From positions 99,848 through 141,375 of the forward strand of contig MHCP01000028.1 in assembly GCA_001816655.1 (NCBI GenBank): a stretch of DNA of 41,528 nt, written 5' to 3'. The notes under the pieces are model-generated. The model searched no databases and was not told the DNA's origin. It saw nothing but the letters and a program-made list of their open reading frames with translations. Shown piece by piece: positions 8,021 through 15,308 of the stretch. Numbering within the stretch: position 1 is the stretch's first letter; every line of letters begins with the position of its first letter. The position numbers and the translations under genes are program-made. This DNA comes from Candidatus Woykebacteria bacterium RBG_13_40_15 (lineage in GTDB: Bacteria; Patescibacteriota; Microgenomatia; Woykebacterales; RBG-16-39-9b).

Positions 8021-9868
8021 GCCAGCGCCGCCTCCACCGCCTCCCCCTCCTCCACCGCCTCCACCGGAAAATCCTCCACCACTACCAGCTGCAAAACCAG
8101 AAGCCACACTACTCGAAACGCCACTTATACCTACCGAAAAGGCGGCAAAGGAAGAAACAGCCGCTCCACCTGAAGAAGTGTACCAGGAAGGTACTTGTTC
8201 ACCTAAAATTTGCGGCATCAACTTTAAGATTTTTTCAGTTTTGCCAAAAAGTGCGCCAAAAACTAAGTACTCTTCCCAAATTGGCAATAGCTGCGGAAGA
8301 GTGTCTTTAAAATGAGAAAAGTCGCCCAAAAAGTTTTTAAAACCCTGCCATTTATTGGCTTCCAGACCGTATGAGAGGGTCCAGCGTTTCATAAATGAAA
8401 TGGGTGCTATGCCAAGCCTATGAGCAATAGCCATGAACACAATACTAAGGAAAACTATTCCATACAATAAATTGGTAATGATAGGGATCGCAGCATCTGT
8501 TTGGGATATAAAGACCAACACGTAAAGGCCAAAAAGAGCAGCAAGTGAAATTAAAAAATATCTATTTTTACTAACACTTCCCTGCTCCAAAAATCCAAGA
8601 TTCTCTCCTTCTTTTTTAATTTGCTTGCCCCAGTTTGACCAAAAACTTTTGAAACTGCTTGTTTTCATATTCTTTTTTAGATCTTCCAACTTAAAGGCCG
8701 CCAAAAGATCTGTTTGTTTTAAGCCAAAGCCAATCATTTCCTCATTTGAAAAAACGCTTGTAATACCTCCCAGGAGGACTAAGAAGTCCATTTCAAAAGA
8801 TTTTAAGCTCTGGTCAGCCATTATTTCTTGTTGGCTCTTTTTTAGAACAATCGCATACTCATCTACTTGCCTTGAGTAAAATAAGAAATTTTTCAAAACT
8901 CTTCTATTGGCAATGGTCAGATATTTTCTTCTCGCTAAATCTAGTAGGGTAGCGGTGAACGCGTTGGGAGTAATATTATTTCCTTGATCTAAGAGGACTT
9001 CTACCAAAGCCGGTGGCAGGTCCGAGGGAGGATCATTTACATAGTAAGGAACCCCTGCTTGTTTGTACTCCTTCCCATATTTATACCATTGCCAGATCCA
9101 ATAGAGGGCCCAAGCGATGGTAAGAAGGAAAACAATTACCAAAAAGATTTTTTTATAATTTTCCCTATTCTGATAATCCTTTTCCTCAGCAAATACATCC
9201 TTCAAGGTCTTGCCTGATCGCTGAACCGAAGCAAAAGAGCCTTTCGGAAAAACAAGGCGGACCTCAACAAACTTTTTTGGCGCCACATCCGAAACCGTAA
9301 ACTGGACACTATTTTCTGAGATAAAGTCATATTTTCCGTTTGTAGGCCCGTGAGCAAAAGCATAAACTTGGTTTTTTGAAATGTTTTTTGGGTAGTTAAC
9401 TAAAATTTGGGCCTCATTTGTCCTCACATCCCAGTCCATCCCAACCACTTGCCAATAAAATTCATCGAAATCGGCCCCGCTAGATAAAGCGCCCAGTAGC
9501 TTGTAGGAAATATCAAAGGTGCGCTCTTCATTGGATGCAGAATAAGTCCAACGGGCATAATATTTTGTTCCTTGAACCCCGTTATCTGTCGGAGGAAGCG
9601 GCTTTCCGTTCTCAGAAACTTGAAAATTTTCGATCGTAGCAGAGTAAGTGTTTCCGTTTCTAGTTATCTGCAAAGGGATGTAGATATCTGCCCAACTGAA
9701 GCTTCCGTCGAAAGAATACGTGCGGTGCTCCAACACATCAATTGAGCCATCTTGACCAATTGTGTAGGTACTAGCAACCTTTGGAAAATAATAATCTTTT
9801 GCAAAGGTAGGTTTGGTAAAAAATAAGACTAAAGTAAGAAAAGGAAGGAAGATAAGAAGCCGTTTCAT
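8018..9868 (-). CDS. DUF2207-type membrane protein with a C-terminal poly-Gly tail
   Basis: Signal peptide, a large extracytoplasmic N-domain, several TM helices and the characteristic C-terminal GGGFSGGGGGGGGGGGGGAG tail. Confidence 0.75.
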   Translation of the reverse strand: MKRLLIFLPFLTLVLFFTKPTFAKDYYFPKVASTYTIGQDGSIDVLEHRTYSFDGSFSWADIYIPLQITRNGNTYSATIENFQVSENGKPLPPTDNGVQGTKYYARWTYSASNEERTFDISYKLLGALSSGADFDEFYWQVVGMDWDVRTNEAQILVNYPKNISKNQVYAFAHGPTNGKYDFISENSVQFTVSDVAPKKFVEVRLVFPKGSFASVQRSGKTLKDVFAEEKDYQNRENYKKIFLVIVFLLTIAWALYWIWQWYKYGKEYKQAGVPYYVNDPPSDLPPALVEVLLDQGNNITPNAFTATLLDLARRKYLTIANRRVLKNFLFYSRQVDEYAIVLKKSQQEIMADQSLKSFEMDFLVLLGGITSVFSNEEMIGFGLKQTDLLAAFKLEDLKKNMKTSSFKSFWSNWGKQIKKEGENLGFLEQGSVSKNRYFLISLAALFGLYVLVFISQTDAAIPIITNLLYGIVFLSIVFMAIAHRLGIAPISFMKRWTLSYGLEANKWQGFKNFLGDFSHFKDTLPQLLPIWEEYLVFGALFGKTEKILKLMPQILGEQVPSWYTSSGGAAVSSFAAFSVGISGVSSSVASGFAAGSGGGFSGGGGGGGGGGGGGAG

Positions 9869-9874
9869 ACCTTT

Positions 9875-9913
9875 ATTATATCTCGCTTAGAGAAACAAGC
9901 GCGAGATGTAATC
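9875..9913 (-). promoter_or_regulatory. Inverted-repeat promoter element, copy B (upstream of DUF2207)
   Basis: Minus-strand reading is GATTACATCTCGC-GCTTGTTTCTCTAA-GCGAGATATAAT. The TATAAT ends 6 nt before the ATG at 9868, a leaderless geometry. Confidence 0.6.
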
Positions 9914-10045
9914 TTGCGATTATTGATTTTTCTGCCTATAAATGCAACGCGGAAATCTCAACTCGGAGGATTTTAGCAAACTCTAAACAGGAGTGCTTAG
10001 AGCCCAGTCCCAAAAAGACCTAAACTTTTGGATCTACTTAGGACT

Positions 10046-10086
10046 TGGCGAGGAGGGGAAGAGCCGATTTCTCGGTTCCCTCGCCA
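10046..10086 (-). terminator. Compound 3' hairpin of high-G+C cassette B
   Basis: Outer stem TGGCGAGG/CCTCGCCA and inner stem GAGCCGA/TCGGTTC, beginning 14 nt after the stop at 10101. Base-pair-preserving differences relative to 7157-7191. Confidence 0.5.
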
Positions 10087-10100
10087 GATGTGAGCAGACG

Positions 10101-10547
10101 TTAGCTAGAGTCGCCGTATATGCAGTTAGTCCAGGATAGATAGATGTACGGCTTCTTCCCAGACTTGTCAGCGTCCGTGACTTGGATGTAACAGCCGAAC
10201 TTCTTTGTTATTGCTTCATGGATACGGGTGAGGGCAATATGGACCTCTGTAATCCTCACCCAACCATTTGCGGTTATTTCTTCCTCAAGGATACGCCAAC
10301 GGTCGCACTGTTTTCCCCAAGGATGGCCTTTTTTGCTCCTTTCTTTAGCTGCCAAATATGCAGCCGGTGCGTACACCTCCCTAATGAACGCAAGGGCGTG
10401 AGACTCCTCTTTTCGTTTATCAAGGAGTCGAACCAGACATGCCACATTCTTGACTCTGGGGTAGCAGAAAGCCCTGAAAGCCACCCCACTTGCCAAGACG
10501 GCCAGTGAAATGCCTAGTACCCAGATCAAAAAAGTCTCGTCTCCCAC
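10101..10547 (-). CDS. Hypothetical N-terminally membrane-anchored protein, high-G+C cassette B (start uncertain)
   Basis: TM helix FLIWVLGISLAVLASGVAF followed by a globular part of about 120 aa. I counted 48-57% G+C in two 60-nt lines. I prefer the GTG at 10547, because the track start at 10718 overlaps the -10 element. Confidence 0.55.
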   Translation of the reverse strand: MGDETFLIWVLGISLAVLASGVAFRAFCYPRVKNVACLVRLLDKRKEESHALAFIREVYAPAAYLAAKERSKKGHPWGKQCDRWRILEEEITANGWVRITEVHIALTRIHEAITKKFGCYIQVTDADKSGKKPYIYLSWTNCIYGDSS

Positions 10548-10680
10548 CTGATTCTCTCTTTCTGCTCCAGCGGTTCTTTGTCGGTCCCGGTGCTTTGGAA
10601 GTATCCTTCCCCAGACCCTCCGGTGCTTTGGAATTCGAGGGTGATTTGCTGGTAGCAAGCTGCAATCGAAAACCTTCAAT

Positions 10681-10752
10681 CGCAAGTTGCTACCAACAAC
10701 TTGCAAAAATTTTAGCACAAATAAAACAAAAAGTAAAGCCTATAGCTAATTT
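10681..10752 (-). promoter_or_regulatory. Promoter and leader-start module of cassette B (paralogue of 7941-8020)
   Basis: On the minus strand: TTTACT (rc of 10731-10736), 17 nt, then TGCTAAAAT (rc of 10708-10716). TAAATTAGCT lies at 10743-10752 and a hairpin GCAAGTTG/CAACTTGC at 10681-10703. Confidence 0.6.
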
Positions 10753-10917
10753 ACTCTGCCTACAGGTACCGCTATTACGAAACTAGCGTCTTTGAACTAG
10801 CTAAAAACTGAAGAGGAAACTGGAACTGAACCGCCAGCTGTCGGTGAATTCCAGAGGATGTCCCGAAGTTTTTAGCGTAGTTCAACAGCTAGCGAAGTCT
10901 AGCGGCAATTTTAGTGC

Positions 10918-10937
10918 TACCTTTTTTGCAAAAGGTA
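10918..10937. repeat. AT-rich palindrome TACCTTTT-TTGC-AAAAGGTA (partner copy at 11766-11789)
   Basis: Two 8-bp arms, followed by ACAAAAA exactly as in the 11766-11789 copy. Confidence 0.6.
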
Positions 10938-10978
10938 ACAAAAAGGGATTGGCCCGCCGAATTTTAGCATTCGCCTTT

Positions 10979-10998
10979 CCTGCCTGACGGCAGGCAGG
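10979..10998. repeat. GC-rich palindromic micro-element, prototype copy
   Basis: CCTGCCTG-ACGG-CAGGCAGG is a perfect 8-bp stem. Near-identical copies lie at 6608-6628 and 19881-19900. Longer or degenerate relatives lie at 11460-11490, 22098-22118, 30901-30945 and 39658-39677. Confidence 0.75.
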
Positions 10999-11046
10999 TC
11001 AATATTGTTCATATACGGCTCGTGCTGCAATTTATGGCGGGTCTGC

Positions 11047-11109
11047 GCCCCGAACCAAGAATTTCTTTCTGGTTCGGGGCTTGACAACTTATTTTCTATT
11101 GTGATACTT
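11047..11109 (+). promoter_or_regulatory. 11-bp perfect hairpin abutting the promoter of the HTH gene
   Basis: GCCCCGAACCA-12 nt-TGGTTCGGGGC (11047-11080) is directly followed by TTGACA (11081-11086), 17 nt, then ATACTT (11104-11109). Confidence 0.5.
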
Positions 11110-11166
11110 TTAAGACCACTTAATTATAAGAAAGGTAGTGAACTGTCCAGAAAGGATATCTTTCTT

Positions 11167-11367
11167 ATGTCTCTTGGAGATGAATTACCAGAGCTATTGA
11201 CTGTAAAAGAAGTCGCAACTTTCTTGAGGGTTTCTCCACTTACAATCAAACGCTGGGGCAAGCGTGGTAAACTTCCCGCCATCAGAATCAACGCACGCGG
11301 TGATAGACGGTACAAAAAGGAAGCTGTATTGTGGTTGTTAGGTGAGATGAAGAAAGAGGTTGCTTAA
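11167..11367 (+). CDS. Excisionase-family (MerR-superfamily) helix-turn-helix DNA-binding protein, 66 aa
   Basis: LLTVKEVATFLRVSPLTIKRWGKRGKLPAIRINARGDRRYKKEAV is the classic excisionase-type HTH pattern. Start placed at the ATG at 11167. The upstream part of the track ORF runs through the hairpin and promoter. Confidence 0.75.
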   Translation: MSLGDELPELLTVKEVATFLRVSPLTIKRWGKRGKLPAIRINARGDRRYKKEAVLWLLGEMKKEVA

Positions 11368-11406
11368 TTCTCTTTACCCTTTTAAATTGCTACGCAATTT
11401 GGTGAG

Positions 11407-11502
11407 ATAGATCGCTCCGTAACTTCAGAATTTTCGCCTACTCAATTCTTCAGGTACTCCCCGCCTGCCAAAGCTTTAGCGGCGGGCAGGTCGCGCTCTG
11501 CG
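11407..11502. repeat. Dispersed intergenic repeat, filled-site copy carrying a 31-nt GC palindrome
   Basis: Same blocks as 2157-2222, but with CCCGCCTGCCAAAGCTTTAGCGGCGGGCAGG (11460-11490) between GGTACTC and TCGCGCTCTGCG. Confidence 0.7.
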
Positions 11503-11765
11503 CTTCGCACTTCGCGCCAAGCTTGAAGAAAGAAATAGCCTAATAAGTTAAATTCGAAAGCTCAAATCCGAAACTCTAAACAAATTCCAAATTTCACCAT
11601 TATTTAATCCGGCCTTAGATTAGTCAGCGTTAAGAAATTGAGCTCTTCGAGGCGGCCTGAAAGGAAATTTTTCATGTTCGAATCCTGAAGCTTTGAAGGA
11701 GAGTTTGAAAAATTAGGTGAGAACAGCGAGATTTTAGCTGGAGGATCTTGGCCGGCGCCTTTGGT

Positions 11766-11789
11766 GTCACCTTTTGCGCAAAAGGTGAC
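11766..11789. repeat. Perfect 24-nt palindrome GTCACCTTTTGCGCAAAAGGTGAC
   Basis: Perfect dyad 5 nt after the GH94 stop codon. There is no U-run on either strand. It is related to 10918-10937. Confidence 0.7.
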
Positions 11790-11794
11790 AAAAA

Positions 11795-14170
11795 CTACTT
11801 AGTTAACCCCATTTCTACCTCCACTTTGTGACGGCCAGATTTGAAAACAGTTAGTGTTTGCCCATCTAAAACCTCACCGTCAACCCTGACTTCCCGTACT
11901 CCTTTACTCAAACCCCCACGGTTTTTCACGTAAACGTGATAGGAAGCGCCCCGGAAAACCCTTTTAATATAAAATTCTTTCCAGTTCTTGGGAATACAAG
12001 GGTCAATTATCAAACCGTCTAATGTTGGACGGAGTCCTAAAATAAAATCTGTACAAGCGCGGAAAAACCAAGCAGCGCTTCCTGTCATCCATGAATAACT
12101 TCCCTGCCCAAAATGAGGGCTTTCAGGACCATAAACAAATTCTGAATAAACATAAGGCTCTGTCTTATAAAGATCTGGGTCTTTTCCCATTGTTATAAAC
12201 GAGCTTCTTTTCCAAGCATCATAGGCTTTTTCAGCTCTTCCAAGTAAACACTCTGCCATAACCACCCAAGCATTTGGATGGGCAAATATTGTTGCGTTTT
12301 CTTTTGCCCCCGGCGCAAACTGCGAAATAATCCCCAAAGCTGCATTAACTTTTGTATATGCAGGTGTAAAAGTAAGTGCTCCATAAGGAGTCATCAGATA
12401 CTGCCAAAGCGAATCCATAGCTTTTTTTCCTCTTTGCTCGCTAGCTACGCCACTCATAATTGGCCAGGTTTGACCATTGATATGAATTTTTCCTTCTTTA
12501 TTCTTTCTGGTTCCAATTAAACTCCCATCATCAGCCGTAGCCCTGATGTACCAACTTCCATCCCAAAACACATCGTTAATAGTTTTTTTTATACGATCAT
12601 TTATGTGCTGATACCTTTTTACCTTAGCTTTTTCTCCAATTCTTAAAAGAAGTGGAATAATCTCTGAGATATTCCAAACTACTTGATTTGCAACCATCAA
12701 AGATTCGCCTCTACCCAGATGACCGCCTGCCAAAGCATCGTTCCAATCAGCTGTCATACGTAGCGGAATACCATTCGGACTAACATGATAAAGTGTATAC
12801 TCTAATGCTTTTATAATGTGGGTCAGTACTGTAGCTTCTCCTCTATCAAAATATTTGACCTTTTCCTTTAAGAATTCCAGATCTCCAATCTCTTTAACGT
12901 GATTTAAAACAGCCATAACTAGCCACTGTGGATCGTCGGAGTGTTTTGTTGTAAAAGCTTCTTTGGTAAGAGTGTTCCAACCATGAGCCACATTACCCTC
13001 TTCAAATTGATGCTCAAGAAGTTCAATTAATTTTTCTCTGGCTAGTTTTTTGTCAATCGGCAGAACTCCATATAAATGTTGACATTCATCTCTAAAGCCC
13101 CAATTTCCCGCGCCAATATAATATGAATCCATTTCCCCCATCTGACTTGTAATCCAAGTTTGGTATTTGTTCCAGATATTTACTGAAAGGTCGAAATCGG
13201 GGTCCGGGGTTTTGACAATTAGTTCATCTAAATTATCTTTCCAAAACTTTTTTATTTCTTTTAATTTTTTTTCTACAAAATCTCTTTTTGCAATTTTTTT
13301 TATCTTTCTATTAATACTCTCAACGTCTTTCTCTATCCCAATAACAATGTGAAAATTTTTTTCATCACCAACGCCTAGCTTCATTTTTTTCATTAAAGCG
13401 CCAATAGCATCCTCGCTCTCACCATAACCGTTTTTATATGCACCTTTTTCAATAGCAATGGGGTTTGAAGGATAACGATACTCTCCAATAAAGTCTTCTT
13501 TCACACAACTTACACCATCAAACTGCACAGAACCAGTCATATACGCCCAATGATCCCAAGCAGTACCGGGTCTGTCGGGGCGATCCCATCTTCTTTTTGT
13601 AGCGTATATTACGTTGTTTTTAAAGTAAACATCATTAAAAAATGAATCAAAAACCCGATCTTCTAAATCTTTTGCATAGCTCCCCAAAACCCACTCTATA
13701 TAACCAGTCACTGAAATATCTCTAGGTCTGTCGGACAGGTTTTTAATATGGATATCCCAAACCTCTAAATCTTCGTCCAACGGAACAAAGAAAGTAACTT
13801 CGCTTTTTATTCCACTCTTGATAGAAGAGATTTTATTGTAGCCTAAACCGACTCTCGCCTCCCAAAAATCAGCACTCTTCATCACTGGTTGCCAACCGAC
13901 TGCCCAGTATTCTCCAGTGTCATTATCGCGAACATACAAATGTCGGCCAGGACGGTCAGATAAAATCTGGTCACCCGGCAGTTCTCTTGTGATACGATTA
14001 AACGCAGAATCGACATAAAAGGAGTAGCCACCACCCGTGGCAGAAACTAAAGCAGTATATTTACCGTTTGTAAGGAAGTTTATCCAAGGCCGTGGTGTAT
14101 CGGGGCGGGTAATAATGTATTCTTTTCCGTCTTTAGAAAAATAGCCATATTTCGTAGAAGGGGCAACCAT
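11795..14170 (-). CDS. GH94-family glycan phosphorylase (cellobiose/chitobiose phosphorylase-like)
   Basis: The N-terminus YGYFSKDGKEYIITRPDTPRPWINFLTNG...GGGYSF and the RMTADWNDAL catalytic-region motif are typical of GH94. The 791-aa length fits. Confidence 0.8.
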   Translation of the reverse strand: MVAPSTKYGYFSKDGKEYIITRPDTPRPWINFLTNGKYTALVSATGGGYSFYVDSAFNRITRELPGDQILSDRPGRHLYVRDNDTGEYWAVGWQPVMKSADFWEARVGLGYNKISSIKSGIKSEVTFFVPLDEDLEVWDIHIKNLSDRPRDISVTGYIEWVLGSYAKDLEDRVFDSFFNDVYFKNNVIYATKRRWDRPDRPGTAWDHWAYMTGSVQFDGVSCVKEDFIGEYRYPSNPIAIEKGAYKNGYGESEDAIGALMKKMKLGVGDEKNFHIVIGIEKDVESINRKIKKIAKRDFVEKKLKEIKKFWKDNLDELIVKTPDPDFDLSVNIWNKYQTWITSQMGEMDSYYIGAGNWGFRDECQHLYGVLPIDKKLAREKLIELLEHQFEEGNVAHGWNTLTKEAFTTKHSDDPQWLVMAVLNHVKEIGDLEFLKEKVKYFDRGEATVLTHIIKALEYTLYHVSPNGIPLRMTADWNDALAGGHLGRGESLMVANQVVWNISEIIPLLLRIGEKAKVKRYQHINDRIKKTINDVFWDGSWYIRATADDGSLIGTRKNKEGKIHINGQTWPIMSGVASEQRGKKAMDSLWQYLMTPYGALTFTPAYTKVNAALGIISQFAPGAKENATIFAHPNAWVVMAECLLGRAEKAYDAWKRSSFITMGKDPDLYKTEPYVYSEFVYGPESPHFGQGSYSWMTGSAAWFFRACTDFILGLRPTLDGLIIDPCIPKNWKEFYIKRVFRGASYHVYVKNRGGLSKGVREVRVDGEVLDGQTLTVFKSGRHKVEVEMGLTK

Positions 14171-14197
14171 TGTAATTTCATTTTATTGGGAAATTGT

Positions 14198-15301
14198 TTA
14201 AAGAGCAAGAAGTTTCTCAGAAAGTTTTGTTTTATTAAAACCTATTTTGATATGTCTCGCTAGATTTACGTAAGCCAATAAATAACAGATGGTAGATTCT
14301 GCTCCTTGGTTCAAGTTTACCCCTGCCTCGTTTATCCCATCGTAACATCCCGACGTATTTTTATCATAAACTTTAATTCCCTTAATATTGAAGCCATGAA
14401 ACCAAGAGAACCATTTTTTGGCTGCTGTTAGATATTTTCTACCTCTTACTACTGAAAATGACGCTAAATTAGCTAAAACAGCGTAAGTTGGATCCATTGC
14501 TTGTTGATCGTAAATTGCCTTCTCTTCCCCTTTCTTAAACCACCCAAAAGAACCTATCGGACAAGGAGTTCCTTCTTTATTAGTTTGCTCTTCGAGGAAT
14601 TTCAATGAGCTTGATGCGACTTCCAAAATTGCTTTATCTTTCAAATGTTTGTAGGCAAAAAATAAACTGGCTGGCAAAATATGATTTGCATAAACAAGAT
14701 ACTTCTCAAACCAATTCCAACCACTACTTTGGTTTTTCTTATAAAGTACTAGTAAGTCTTTCGTAAGCTTCTTTAAGGTTTCAACTTCAAAGTCACCGCC
14801 CTGTGAGCTATTTAATATAGCGCATAAGCCGATGATAATATAAGCTTTCGCACGAGGTGAAGTTAATTTAAAAATGTTTTCTTTAACCTCGTTGTACAAG
14901 CTACCTGCCGCCAACGTCAAATCACTTCTTGGTTTTGCGGCCATTGTTACTCCAAGTGCCCAGATACATTCCCCAAAGGCGTCTTCAGAAATTACCGTTT
15001 TAAATTTGTGGTCAAAGCTCTGGAAATTGTTGAAAAACCTGTCCTGACGTTTTGAATGTGTCAGGTAAGAAAGATAAACAACTGCTAAATCTAGGTATTC
15101 TTTTTTCCTATATAGTTTGAAAGCCTCTACTACAAAAATAAGGGCCCTAGCGTTGTCATCCAAAGCATACCCCCAAGAACGCTCCGGTACGCCGAACTTA
15201 GCGTGTTGCATTATTCCTGTTGGCGTAGTTAGCCTTTTGAGAAAGTCTATTTTAGGGGGTTTGGAAAAATCTACTCCGTAAAGGAAATTTCTTTTTTTCA
15301 T
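14198..15301 (-). CDS. Hypothetical protein, predicted all-alpha (six-hairpin-like); function unknown
   Basis: 367-aa ORF tightly packed between GH94 and GT4. The fold guess rests on sequence character only. Confidence 0.6.
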   Translation of the reverse strand: MKKRNFLYGVDFSKPPKIDFLKRLTTPTGIMQHAKFGVPERSWGYALDDNARALIFVVEAFKLYRKKEYLDLAVVYLSYLTHSKRQDRFFNNFQSFDHKFKTVISEDAFGECIWALGVTMAAKPRSDLTLAAGSLYNEVKENIFKLTSPRAKAYIIIGLCAILNSSQGGDFEVETLKKLTKDLLVLYKKNQSSGWNWFEKYLVYANHILPASLFFAYKHLKDKAILEVASSSLKFLEEQTNKEGTPCPIGSFGWFKKGEEKAIYDQQAMDPTYAVLANLASFSVVRGRKYLTAAKKWFSWFHGFNIKGIKVYDKNTSGCYDGINEAGVNLNQGAESTICYLLAYVNLARHIKIGFNKTKLSEKLLAL

Positions 15302-15308
15302 TTCAGGC

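Noticed and set aside
9976-9988. GTTTAGAGTTTGC motif (also at 7955-7966 and 11569-11581), superficially like type II CRISPR repeat or tracrRNA starts
   Set aside because: There are only three dispersed 9-12 nt matches. There is no regular repeat-spacer periodicity and no cas genes, so it is not a CRISPR array.
10182-10786. Overlapping ORFs on both strands around cassette B, and the long N-terminal version of the 205-aa ORF
   Set aside because: The cause is the same compositional effect. The 10718 start overlaps the TGCTAAAAT -10 box, so I shortened the gene to 10547. The start remains uncertain.
10961-10969. TGCTAAAAT extended -10 (minus strand) with no gene directly downstream, as evidence for a small RNA at 10760-10955
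   Set aside because: The -35 position falls inside a GC palindrome (CGTCAG) and I see no terminator in that direction. It is possible but unsupported without transcript data.
11005-11166. 54-codon N-terminal extension of the HTH ORF
   Set aside because: It would be translated through an 11-bp perfect hairpin and a TTGACA-17-ATACTT promoter. The conserved HTH begins right after the ATG at 11167.
11676-11685. GTTCGAATCC, a perfect tRNA T-loop consensus, in the repeat-rich spacer
   Set aside because: The flanks do not form a T-stem (only 3 of 4 pairs), an acceptor stem or a CCA end. It is too weak to call a tRNA fragment or an att site.
7090-11800. Calling the accessory stretch a prophage, transposon or integrative element
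   Set aside because: The window contains no integrase, transposase, capsid or tail genes, and no terminal inverted repeats. Only compositional and repeat evidence exists, so I report it as cassette-like and an islet rather than a defined mobile element.
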